53,054 nt of DNA from Pseudomonadota bacterium (GCA_021808925.1 JAKBAR010000004.1:1-53054); one strand, 5' to 3'; counted from the stretch's first letter, positions 40,651 through 49,674 are shown. Notes: a model not told the origin generated them from the sequence alone. Translations and numbers: made by a program.

Positions 40651-41694
40651 TTGACACCTGTGATCCACGCGGTTGATATAAAAAATCTTTCTAAAATCAT
40701 CAATAACACTGTGATTTTGGACGATATCTCTTTGTCCATAGAAAAAGGATCCATTGCGGGAATTATCGGGCGAAGTGGGGCTGGAAAGACAACCCTCCTG
40801 CGCTGTCTAAGCGGTCTTGAGGCTGCATCCTCTGGCACAATCCACCTCTTGGGCCAGGATATTGCGTCTAAAAATAAGAAAAATACTGTGCCCATTCAGC
40901 AAAAAATAGGGGTTATTTTTCAACAATTTAATCTCCTCAGTCGCCGTACTGTTTTTGAAAATGTGGCCTTTCCTTTGGAGATTAGAGGTTTTTCTCAAAC
41001 ACTCATTCAAGAGCGCGTTACCCATATCCTGGATCTTGTAGGGCTCACAGGGAAAGAGTGCGCCTACCCCAGAGAACTCAGTGGGGGACAATGTCAAAGA
41101 GTTGCCATTGCACGGGCTTTGGTTGTGGATACGGAGGTGTTGCTGTGCGATGAATTTACGTCTGCGCTTGACCCAGAAACAACGCTTGATATTTTAGAGC
41201 TTCTTAAAAATATTAATAAGCACCTTGGTGTGACGGTTATTCTCATTACCCACGATATGACCGTTGTCAAAGAAATCTGTGATACCGTTTTTGTTCTAGA
41301 AAAGGGACAATGCGTCGAAAAAGGATCCATGAGCACGCTTTTGTTGCATCCTATCCATGAAACAACACAATCTTTGATCGGCAGTCTTTTTAAGCGCGAA
41401 CTGCCGCACAGCTATGAAGAACGTCTCGTCCATGAGCCCTTGGAAGGGAGTCAGATCATTGTGCGGCTTCTTTTCTCTAATAGTGCGGCAAAGGAACCCA
41501 TTATTGCCTCCCTTGTGGAGAAATTTCATCTTCCTATCAATATTATTTCCGGCCACCTTGATCATGTGCGCGAAGCTGTTTTTGGCCAGCTTTTGATGAG
41601 TTTTCCTTATACGCAAACTATTTTTGATGATGTTCAGTCTTATCTCAATCATTATCATGTCAAAACAGAATGTGTGGGGTATATACGTGATTGA
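40651..41694 (+). CDS. metN: Methionine ABC transporter ATPase MetN
   Basis: GIIGRSGAGKTT, IFQQFNLLSRRTV, LLCDEFTSALDPETT, C-terminal NIL-like domain. Confidence 0.92.
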   Translation: MTPVIHAVDIKNLSKIINNTVILDDISLSIEKGSIAGIIGRSGAGKTTLLRCLSGLEAASSGTIHLLGQDIASKNKKNTVPIQQKIGVIFQQFNLLSRRTVFENVAFPLEIRGFSQTLIQERVTHILDLVGLTGKECAYPRELSGGQCQRVAIARALVVDTEVLLCDEFTSALDPETTLDILELLKNINKHLGVTVILITHDMTVVKEICDTVFVLEKGQCVEKGSMSTLLLHPIHETTQSLIGSLFKRELPHSYEERLVHEPLEGSQIIVRLLFSNSAAKEPIIASLVEKFHLPINIISGHLDHVREAVFGQLLMSFPYTQTIFDDVQSYLNHYHVKTECVGYIRD

Positions 41695-42325
41695 TCTCAT
41701 TTTAAAAGGATTTTTAGAAACAGTCGCGATGGTGACACTCTCAGCCGCTCTTGGTTTTGTCATAGGCACGCCCATTGCTCTTTTTTTATGGATTATCAGT
41801 CCTGTAGGCTTAACACCTAAACCCTTTTGGCACAAAGTAAATGGTTTTATTATTAATGCCCTCAGGTCCATTCCCTACATTATTTTTATGGTTCTCCTGT
41901 TGCCCCTCACACGTCTTATTGTGGGCACATCTATTGGCACTCTCGCGGCCACTCTTCCGCTGTCTTTAGCAGCTATTTTGCTGTATATACGCCTTGCGGA
42001 GGATATTTTTGAGACCCTCCCCAAAGGCCTTGTCGAGGCTGGAAAAACCATGGGCGCCACAAAAAAGCAAATTCTCATCAAAATTGTTTTTTCAGAATCC
42101 CTTCCACAGCTTGCTGCAGCACTGACGAATCTCACTGTCATGCTGATTGGGTTTTCAGCCATGGCAGGGGCTGTTGGCGGTGGAGGCCTTGGCGATCTTG
42201 CGATTCGTTATGGGTATCAACGCTATGATCTTCTCTTTTTAGGAGTTATCGTTCTTGTCCTCGTTCTCATGGTTCAATGTGTGCAAATGCTCGGCAACCA
42301 TCTCGTGCAAAAATTAAGAAGTTAA
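41687..42325 (+). CDS. metI: Methionine ABC transporter permease MetI
   Basis: RSIPYII, IVGTSIG, SAMAGAVGGGGLGDLAIRYGYQRY. Confidence 0.93.
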   Translation: MIDLILKGFLETVAMVTLSAALGFVIGTPIALFLWIISPVGLTPKPFWHKVNGFIINALRSIPYIIFMVLLLPLTRLIVGTSIGTLAATLPLSLAAILLYIRLAEDIFETLPKGLVEAGKTMGATKKQILIKIVFSESLPQLAAALTNLTVMLIGFSAMAGAVGGGGLGDLAIRYGYQRYDLLFLGVIVLVLVLMVQCVQMLGNHLVQKLRS

Positions 42326-42481
42326 GTTTTGTTGTATCGTTAAAAATTCACCACATAACAGTCATCTCAAGCGCTGCCCTAACTCTTTAGCAGGGAAAAA
42401 TAGAGGGACGTAGCGATTCTATTTTTTAAAAAAGCATCCTTATGATAAGGTTTAGCATAAAAAGAGTATCCAAAAGACAGA

Positions 42482-44383
42482 ATGAAAGACTATTTGACGC
42501 GCATCTATACATTTTATGACGCCTTTATAAGATCGTATTTTCGCAAAACCACGCACTATCTCGATGAGCATAAAAATCTTGCTTATGGTGCCCTTGTTTT
42601 TGATGTCATTATTGCCTTTTTTTCCATACCTCTTGCGCTTTATTTTAAAATAGGGGATGAGTTTTTTTACTATTCGCGGCTATATCTTCTTAAAATAAGT
42701 TTTTGCTTCACACTGTGCTCTTTCACCTATTTTAATCTTCTCAGCACCCATCAAACGATGTGGCGCCACATAGAAACAGAAGATATTGTCAGGCATGTTA
42801 TCGCTATTACGCTTGGGTTTCTCACCTTTATTCCGCTCAAACACCTTCTGAGCCGCGAAGAACAAATGCCCCACTTTACACTTTTGATTGCCTGGGTTGT
42901 TTTTTTAATGATGACATTTGTGCCACGGCTTCTCATCTATTTTAGTCATCACAAGCGGCAAAGGCTGAAGCTCAAGCGCCCGCCTCTCCTTATTCTTGGC
43001 ACCGATAATCGTAGTGAATTGTTTTTAAAAGAAATGAGTCAAAATGAGGATTTTAACTATACGCCCTATGCACTTATTTCTCTTCGGTCCGATGAAATTG
43101 GCCTGAGTATTCATGGTATTCCCGTTGTCACAAGTGTAAAAGATCTCTCAAGGTGGCTTACAACACAGCCTGGGCTTTTAGCGCAAACACTCCGTCTTGT
43201 GATCATTCAACATCCTGGAAAATATTTGAATGATATTTTGCGGATTGCTAACGAGAATCGTATTCAGCTTCTTCGTATGCCAAAAGCCTTTACCTTTGAA
43301 AATACAGAGCTTAAAGAACTTTCTGTGGAGTCTCTTTTTAAAGAGCCTGTTATGAGCTGTTCAAAGGAGGAAAAAGCGCATATCAACACTAAAAAAATTC
43401 TGATCATCGGTGCGGGAAGTTATATTTTTAGACCGCTCATCCAACTTTTCCTCGATCTCGATGCTAAAAAATTAATCCTTGTTGACCAATCGATGGAGCG
43501 TCTTAAAAAACTAAGTATTTGGCTTGAAAGTCAAAACTATGACCGAGGACGTTTTGTTTTAAAAGTTGCAGATATTAATGATCAACCTCTCATCAGCTCT
43601 ATTATTGCAAATCACAAGCCTCATATTATGATTCACACACCCCTTATGACCTGGCCTGGTGAGGAAAATCAGCTGGCCTATTTTCGCACCAATATCCTTG
43701 CAACAGAGTTTCTCTCTTATCTTGCACACCACCACAAAGTCGAACAATGCTTGCTTCTTTTTGAAAATCCCACAGATTTTTATCCGAATGATCTTTTTGA
43801 GAGTACATCACTCAAAATGTTTGAAAGCCTTATTAAAGGGGCCTTCATGCGCTATTTTTATGAAAAAAGCACACAGTATTTCATTGCAAATATTCACAAT
43901 ATTATTGGCAGCTCGGCCTCTATAACAGCATCGCTTCAATCTCACATTAATGACGGTCTACACATCCATATTGATCACGAGGGCGCTGAAACCTCTCTCA
44001 TAACAGCTCAACAAATGAGTGCGCTCATTGTTTCAACACTGGCCGCTTTTAAAAACTCCAGAGACCTTTTGGAATATACACTCACAACCAATCACAAAGT
44101 GTGCACGCTCGACTTAGCCCACTATATGTTGTCCCTTGAAAAAGACGAAATTTCTCAAAACCTTCCCATAGTCTTTAGAAGTACAAAAGAAAAACAACCT
44201 AAAAATATGATCAAACTCAAAGCGACAAAATCCCCCTATATTTGGACAAGTGAGCATACGGCATGGACAGAAAATGAAGATCTTGACGTTGCTTTAAAAG
44301 CTGCGGATGATTGCGATGAAAGTCGCCTTAATGAGCTTCTGCAGCATTACTCGAAGAAGCTTTTGGTGAGATCTGCGGCGTAG
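42482..44383 (+). CDS. Degenerate PglF/CapD/WbpM-like membrane nucleotide-sugar dehydratase
   Basis: Four N-terminal TMs, LLILGT linker domain, LSVESLF, C-terminal SDR-like layout (ILIIGAGS, VADIND, TNILAT, NIIGSSASI) with eroded catalytic motifs. Confidence 0.75.
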   Translation: MKDYLTRIYTFYDAFIRSYFRKTTHYLDEHKNLAYGALVFDVIIAFFSIPLALYFKIGDEFFYYSRLYLLKISFCFTLCSFTYFNLLSTHQTMWRHIETEDIVRHVIAITLGFLTFIPLKHLLSREEQMPHFTLLIAWVVFLMMTFVPRLLIYFSHHKRQRLKLKRPPLLILGTDNRSELFLKEMSQNEDFNYTPYALISLRSDEIGLSIHGIPVVTSVKDLSRWLTTQPGLLAQTLRLVIIQHPGKYLNDILRIANENRIQLLRMPKAFTFENTELKELSVESLFKEPVMSCSKEEKAHINTKKILIIGAGSYIFRPLIQLFLDLDAKKLILVDQSMERLKKLSIWLESQNYDRGRFVLKVADINDQPLISSIIANHKPHIMIHTPLMTWPGEENQLAYFRTNILATEFLSYLAHHHKVEQCLLLFENPTDFYPNDLFESTSLKMFESLIKGAFMRYFYEKSTQYFIANIHNIIGSSASITASLQSHINDGLHIHIDHEGAETSLITAQQMSALIVSTLAAFKNSRDLLEYTLTTNHKVCTLDLAHYMLSLEKDEISQNLPIVFRSTKEKQPKNMIKLKATKSPYIWTSEHTAWTENEDLDVALKAADDCDESRLNELLQHYSKKLLVRSAA

Positions 44384-44882
44384 ATATATTCTTCTGTTCG
44401 CTGGCTGCAAAAGGCTCCCTTAAGTTTTCAGGCGGGCGTGCAAAAAAGAAATTATCAAAGAGAACAGCCTGTGCCTTACCGGGCCCTAGAATTTTGTTGG
44501 TAATTTGCTGAAGAATATTTTTAATATTATCAAGGCGCGGTTCTGATCCTGTGATCCAAAAATTACTCAAAATACTTGACAACTGTATAATGTATTCACT
44601 GCGTAAATAGGGGGCAAGGGAGCGTACATATTCGAAGTTTTTTTCTGTTTGGGTCCATAAATTAATTGTGAATCTCAAATAGCCTTTAATTTCATCTGCT
44701 TTGACAATGCTAATCGTAAGAGGCCCAATGGTGATATAGGGCTTAACTTTATTTTTGCTGTCTTCACCTCCTTCACCACCTCCATGCTCAGAAGCTTCAC
44801 CATGATCAGCCTTATCCCCCTCTTTCCCAGCAAAGAGAGGGTTGGTACTCAAAAAGAGACATAAGATCAAAAAATATTTCAA
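44328..44882 (-). CDS. fliL: FliL-family flagellar basal body-associated protein
   Basis: N-terminal hydrophobic segment, EHGGGEGG linker, YITIGPLTI, PYLRS, ILGPGKAQAVLF. Confidence 0.65.
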   Translation of the reverse strand: MKYFLILCLFLSTNPLFAGKEGDKADHGEASEHGGGEGGEDSKNKVKPYITIGPLTISIVKADEIKGYLRFTINLWTQTEKNFEYVRSLAPYLRSEYIIQLSSILSNFWITGSEPRLDNIKNILQQITNKILGPGKAQAVLFDNFFFARPPENLREPFAASEQKNISTPQISPKASSSNAAEAH

Positions 44883-44932
44883 TGTACTTAAAAAAAATAA
44901 TACACCAATGCCTTTAGGCTAAGCTCAAAAGA

Positions 44933-44947
44933 TTAAAAAAAGGTTAG
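44933..44947 (-). promoter_or_regulatory. CtrA-like box upstream of fliL
   Basis: TTAA-AAAAAGG-TTAG (TTAA-N7-TTAA with one mismatch), about 50 nt upstream of the start. Confidence 0.55.
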
Positions 44948-44964
44948 GAGAAGCAAAAGATATT

Positions 44965-45393
44965 TTACTCAGATTCGTCTTCTGTGATAATTTCCTCACC
45001 ATTATCATAATAGTGAACCCAATCATTTGCTTTAATGTGATGGTCATAGGTGCCTTCTGATGCCACAGCGCCATTACTATGAAAGGATTTAAATGGACCA
45101 TGAAGCAACCCTTTGTCATAGGTATCGATTTGAGTGATCATACCTTCCTCACTATAGTGAACACGCTCACCATGCAATTGTCCCTCATGATGATACATCG
45201 TTGATTGGATCTGACCATTAAAATGATAGGTTGAGGCGGGACCGTGTAGTTTTCCATGAACATATTCACCCTTAAAAAAAAGTTTCCCTTGTTCATAAAA
45301 TTCACAAACTCCATGCAGCTGATTTTGCTCGTCAAAGAAGAGTCGTGCTGTTATGCGTCCTTGATCATCTTTGTGAATCACTTCACGGGTCAT
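44965..45393 (-). CDS. MORN-variant repeat protein (YwqK-like)
   Basis: Repeats of GxLHGxxxxY/F(H)xNG; immediately downstream of vgrG. Confidence 0.85.
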   Translation of the reverse strand: MTREVIHKDDQGRITARLFFDEQNQLHGVCEFYEQGKLFFKGEYVHGKLHGPASTYHFNGQIQSTMYHHEGQLHGERVHYSEEGMITQIDTYDKGLLHGPFKSFHSNGAVASEGTYDHHIKANDWVHYYDNGEEIITEDESE

Positions 45394-45430
45394 TATTTTT
45401 TGCCATTTCTTTTATTGATTACAAACATCC

Positions 45431-47539
45431 CTAACCAAGTTTTGTCACAGCCCCTTTAAAGGCGGCAGGACCTGAGGCAACAATCGCACAAACACCTGAG
45501 CTATTGATGGAAAGGGCACCCGAGCAATTGATATTTGCAACAGGGCCAAGCATCATAGTTGTTTGAGCATTCGCCGTGAGTTTCATCATAGATGCTGTCA
45601 TATCCGCCATTGTTTTAGCATTCAGTGTGTATTTAAGGGCATCAATTTTATATTCCGTTGTGGCATTATGTGCAATTTCTGTCATGGCATCCACACCCAC
45701 TTTCCCCCCCTTAATATTCACAGAAGCTGTGCCTTCGATATTCACAGCATTTGTCGCTTTTATATTAATCGTGTTACCCGCCTCAATATCAATATTAAGA
45801 GCTTTGATCGTTATTTTATGATTACTCACATCCAATGTAAAATCATCTGTCACAGTGTGTTTTTCTGTTTTCGTCACATTAAGAGTACGCGTACCCGCAA
45901 TTTTAATCACCTCATCCCCCGTATCAACCTTAAGAGTGCGATTTCCTTTTTTAATCGTAAGTGTGTCATCTCCCTCGTGAATAATCAGCGTACGGTCACC
46001 CTTCATGACCTCACGATCATAATCTTTTTGAGCACGGACATAGAGTTGCTCGCTATCTTTTTTATCCTCAAAACATATTTCGTTATACGCATCAGACGCA
46101 TTTTTTGAGCTTTGCGTTTTAATCGTGCTTTTTGTTTTCTCATCGGGCAAGGGATAAGGAGGTTTATTATTCCCATTGTAAACGGATCCCACCACAAGAG
46201 GACGATCTGGGTCGCCCTCTAAAAAGCTCACAACCACTTCCATATCAATGCGCGGAATAAACATTGTGCCGAAACCAGACCCGCCCCACATGTGGGCCAC
46301 ACGGACCCAACAAGAGCTTTTCTCATTATTTTTACCACGTTGATCCCAATAAAATTGCACTTTAATACGACCATGCTCGTCGGTGTGAATTTCCTCGCCG
46401 GAAGGCCCTACAACAATGGCGACCTGATTGCTGTAAATACGCGGTTTGGGCTTAGGAAAAGGCCGAAAAGGTGTTTTAGCTGGAAAACACGTAAACCGAT
46501 TGTAATAAAGGGCACGGTCACTCTCATTCTTGACATTCTCCCGTACATCAAAAAAATGTTCAACCTCATAAACAATATAATCCTGATTGGTATCATTTCT
46601 TGGATGGTTTTTAAGCTTAAATTTCCCCCCCGTTGCCATTCCTGGCGCTGTGCTGCGACCATAAAACATATGACGATTCCACTCGAGCTGCTCCATATGC
46701 GTTTTATTGAGATCTTCACCTGTCTCCATTTTAAAAAAACGACCGGGATAGCGATACACTTCACCACCTTCACCCTTGCCCGAAGTTTTTTGATAAAGCT
46801 TTGTATCCGGTGCTGTAAAATCATAATCCGCAAGGGACGCACTTTTGCTCACTACACGCTGTTCTTTATAAAATTCTTGAACAGCATTTTGCCAGGATAC
46901 AGAGCCCACCTGTTGAGGCGTAAACTCAAGAGTCTCTTTGTCAAGGGGTTTAAGCCCCGAAACAGCATCGTGTACCTCAAGCGTATCGCCTGAAGAGGCG
47001 TGGGAAAAAAAATAAAAAATACCCTCTTCCGACCATAGACGGTTAATAAAATCAAAAGCACTCTCGCCATATTGTGTGCAATATTTTCGCTTTTTCGAGC
47101 CCTTTTTAGAAGCATTATAGCGAGTATCCGGCACATTATACTCTTTAAGCAATTCCTCACACATGTCATTGGCGGATTTATTTTGAAAAATACGATAGTC
47201 CTGGTTAAAGCGCGCCATCCAAAATGTTGGATAAAGTGTCAATATGTAGTGTGAAAAACCCGACGCATCTTCGGTCACACCTTGCCTAACTTCACCAATG
47301 ATTCCTGTGAAGTAGCGCTTTTTATCACCATCATAGGTCAAAAGAAGTTGCGCTGATTTACCCATTAATTTTTCAAAATCAATATCACTTTCCTTGCCAT
47401 GGGCGTGAATCGTCAGATGATAAACATCACTCAGCCGCTCTAACATATGCACTTTGTCAACCATCAGTTTTTGCGGACCAAGAGGTGTTGTCAGTTTAAG
47501 CGATAGGTGTTTATCATTTTCTGGAAGATGCGCTGGCAC
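45431..47539 (-). CDS. vgrG: Type VI secretion spike protein VgrG (TssI)
   Basis: RIFQNKS, YCTQYGESAFDFINRL, EEGIFYFF, EIHTDEHGRIKVQFYWD, SCWVRV, PRIDMEVVVSFLEGDPDRP, gp5-like beta-helix tail. Confidence 0.96.
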   Translation of the reverse strand: MPAHLPENDKHLSLKLTTPLGPQKLMVDKVHMLERLSDVYHLTIHAHGKESDIDFEKLMGKSAQLLLTYDGDKKRYFTGIIGEVRQGVTEDASGFSHYILTLYPTFWMARFNQDYRIFQNKSANDMCEELLKEYNVPDTRYNASKKGSKKRKYCTQYGESAFDFINRLWSEEGIFYFFSHASSGDTLEVHDAVSGLKPLDKETLEFTPQQVGSVSWQNAVQEFYKEQRVVSKSASLADYDFTAPDTKLYQKTSGKGEGGEVYRYPGRFFKMETGEDLNKTHMEQLEWNRHMFYGRSTAPGMATGGKFKLKNHPRNDTNQDYIVYEVEHFFDVRENVKNESDRALYYNRFTCFPAKTPFRPFPKPKPRIYSNQVAIVVGPSGEEIHTDEHGRIKVQFYWDQRGKNNEKSSCWVRVAHMWGGSGFGTMFIPRIDMEVVVSFLEGDPDRPLVVGSVYNGNNKPPYPLPDEKTKSTIKTQSSKNASDAYNEICFEDKKDSEQLYVRAQKDYDREVMKGDRTLIIHEGDDTLTIKKGNRTLKVDTGDEVIKIAGTRTLNVTKTEKHTVTDDFTLDVSNHKITIKALNIDIEAGNTINIKATNAVNIEGTASVNIKGGKVGVDAMTEIAHNATTEYKIDALKYTLNAKTMADMTASMMKLTANAQTTMMLGPVANINCSGALSINSSGVCAIVASGPAAFKGAVTKLG

Positions 47540-47541
47540 AA

Positions 47542-47629
47542 GTTTTTTTTATGAAGACATTATTTTAATTTATTTTTACAGATTCACGGATCGATCACAA
47601 CACCACAAATGATGGGGTGGGGATTTTGA
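47542..47629. repeat. 88-bp dispersed element, copy 2
   Basis: Identical to 13544-13631; separated from the vgrG GTG by 2 nt. Confidence 0.95.
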
Positions 47630-47722
47630 TAGCTTGCCGCTCTCAAGATCATGAATCACAACTTCCACAAAAGGAGAAAAAAGTTGCGCGATACTTTTCG
47701 CAAGAGGTGCATAGATCGACAT
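47576..47722 (-). pseudogene. Truncated YheO/DauR-like PAS-HTH regulator fused to the 88-bp element
   Basis: MSIYAPLAKSIAQLFSPFVEVVIHDLESGKL resembles the YheO-type PAS N-terminus (EVVxHDL); the frame then runs into the repeat and stops. Confidence 0.7.
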
Positions 47723-47740
47723 GTGCAGGGGCCAAAAATA

Positions 47741-47780
47741 TTTAGACTGATTAATCTAAATATAGACTAAAAAATCTAAT
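47741..47780. promoter_or_regulatory. Tandem pair of imperfect 20-bp palindromes (putative operator)
   Basis: tttagactgattaatctaaa followed by tatagactaaaaaatctaat. Confidence 0.5.
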
Positions 47781-47846
47781 ATTGCAAGGGGTTCTCGTTT
47801 TATGCATTTATTTTGATAAAATTGTAAACAATAGCCTCAACCTCCT

Positions 47847-48305
47847 ATGTCTCTCTCCCTCCGTTATGCTATCGCTGATGACATCCCGCACATGATCCCC
47901 CTTTTTGATCAATTGGGGTACCCCGTTGAGGCAAAAGATCTTGAACACAGATTCAACATTTTCACTCAAAAGGAGGATTGCGGTCTTTGTGTGGCTGTGA
48001 CTGAAAGTACGGTTGTGGGATGGATTGCATGGTCAAAAACGCCTTGTTTTGTTTCAGGCAAAGTAAAATTTCGGATTGAGGGCCTCGTCGTGGGTCACGC
48101 TTACCGGCGAAGGGGAGTCGGTCAAAAGCTTATGCAGTTCGTGGAAAATATCGCCTCTCAAAGCGCACCAAGTGTGATTGATCTAACATCCGGGCTGAGG
48201 CGCGCTCAAGAGGGCACACATCTCTTTTACAAGAATCTTGGTTATCAAAATGAAGGCTTTATGGCCAAACTTTATTTAAGAAAAGAAATCTCTTCACCCC
48301 TTTGA
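47847..48305 (+). CDS. GNAT family N-acetyltransferase
   Basis: LVVGHAYRRRGVGQKLM acetyl-CoA motif; FYKNLGY. Confidence 0.92.
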   Translation: MSLSLRYAIADDIPHMIPLFDQLGYPVEAKDLEHRFNIFTQKEDCGLCVAVTESTVVGWIAWSKTPCFVSGKVKFRIEGLVVGHAYRRRGVGQKLMQFVENIASQSAPSVIDLTSGLRRAQEGTHLFYKNLGYQNEGFMAKLYLRKEISSPL

Positions 48306-49610
48306 AACAACAAGGATTTGCTTGCTTATGCCGGTGAGGTTATTAAAATTAATCTTTGAAATTGGCTGAAAATCCTCATCTCTTAAAAGGCGCATGTTGT
48401 CTTGAAAGTGTTTAATACTCTGGAAATCGCCCTCACTAAAGGCCTCATTGAGCATAAAGCGCAAACGATTTGCTCTTTTTTTGTCAATCACCTCATTATT
48501 TTTATTTAAAAGAGGCATTAAATCCGGCAAAGCCATGGTTTCATTATCAAAATTGCATTGGCCATTGCGCCTTTTATCATCCGCTAAAATGAATTTTTTA
48601 ATTGAAGGTGCTATCTGATACAAAAGGAATTTAGATGTGCTTGAGTCGATTCTTAACGCGGCTGGATATTCGACATAGGCATACACACGACTGTGGGGGG
48701 GCGTTCTTGCATAAGACACTGCAACAATCGCCTTGTCTAAGGCCCCAAGAAGAGGTTCATCTTTTAGCTGATTAAAATGCGTCAAGGGTTTTTGTTCTTT
48801 GCCATCGATATCTTTCAGCCAAGCCTGACCGTCTTTCTCAAGCTTGTTCCAAAAAATAGTTTCACTATACAGGTCACTATCGTCTTGGATAATCTCAACA
48901 GGAATGGCCTTTGCACCTGCTTTTTGATCTTTAAGAAATTCATTGATCGTATCCACAAAGACAACATACGCATGATTGGGGGCTAAAACGACCTTAAAAG
49001 GTATGTTTGTATCACGGGCGGAACGATTTTTGTTATAGGGAAGTGATGGATGACCTGGCTGCTCGCGTGTATACCAGTGCTCAAAAGCTTCTTTGGAATA
49101 GATGGTTACGGGGGGGTGGACAAGATCCATAGAAAGATAAAAAATATCGCCCGTGTGCTTTTTTTTAAGGTCAAGGGCCTTGTCAATTTCGATTAATTTA
49201 ATATTTTCAGGCGCCGATTTAGCTTTTTTCCCGCTACTTTTTTTCTTGTTATCCTCCGTATCAGTTTGATCACTTTCATCGCTATCTTCAGTTTGTTGCG
49301 CAGGGCTTTTTAAACCACCCCCGCCGAATTTTTTTTGAATGGTATCTACATTTTCTGTGCTATCAAGGGCGGATTCCTCAATAAATTCATTTTCTGAACG
49401 AATAGGATTGCCCTCAAAGGACTCATCACTATCGTCAATCGGAAGCTCTGGGCCGAAATCCACACTTGAGTCTACGCTTGAATCCGCGTTTTGAATCGAT
49501 TGAAAAGGATTGCTTGCCCCCAGATTGCCAAGAAGATCAGACGCATTCAAGAGAGAGGACTCAAGACAGAGCACACTGAAAAAAAGAGTTTTTAGCACAT
49601 CAAAAAACAT
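48294..49610 (-). CDS. Exported protein with acidic linker and degenerate ParB-like (ParBc_2-type) domain
   Basis: Signal ending LNAS; D/E/S-rich linker; VHP..., VVLAP..YVVFVD, GAKAIPVEIIQDDSDL, FWNKL, WLKDIDG, LKDEP. Confidence 0.65.
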   Translation of the reverse strand: MFFDVLKTLFFSVLCLESSLLNASDLLGNLGASNPFQSIQNADSSVDSSVDFGPELPIDDSDESFEGNPIRSENEFIEESALDSTENVDTIQKKFGGGGLKSPAQQTEDSDESDQTDTEDNKKKSSGKKAKSAPENIKLIEIDKALDLKKKHTGDIFYLSMDLVHPPVTIYSKEAFEHWYTREQPGHPSLPYNKNRSARDTNIPFKVVLAPNHAYVVFVDTINEFLKDQKAGAKAIPVEIIQDDSDLYSETIFWNKLEKDGQAWLKDIDGKEQKPLTHFNQLKDEPLLGALDKAIVAVSYARTPPHSRVYAYVEYPAALRIDSSTSKFLLYQIAPSIKKFILADDKRRNGQCNFDNETMALPDLMPLLNKNNEVIDKKRANRLRFMLNEAFSEGDFQSIKHFQDNMRLLRDEDFQPISKINFNNLTGISKQILVVSKG

Positions 49611-49659
49611 CTTATTTTTTAAGAGAGAAAGAACTACCTTGATGTTAGAAGAGCAAAAA

Positions 49660-49674
49660 TTAAAAAAAGGTTAA
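49660..49674 (-). promoter_or_regulatory. CtrA consensus box
   Basis: Perfect TTAA-AAAAAGG-TTAA, 50 nt upstream of the 49610 start. Confidence 0.6.

Noticed and set aside
44965-45393. MORN protein as antitoxin of a toxin-antitoxin pair
   Set aside because: No adjacent toxin, and VgrG has no toxin extension; the YwqK label reflects only the repeat type.
45563-46993. 181-aa and 233-aa plus-strand ORFs
   Set aside because: Antisense shadows of vgrG.
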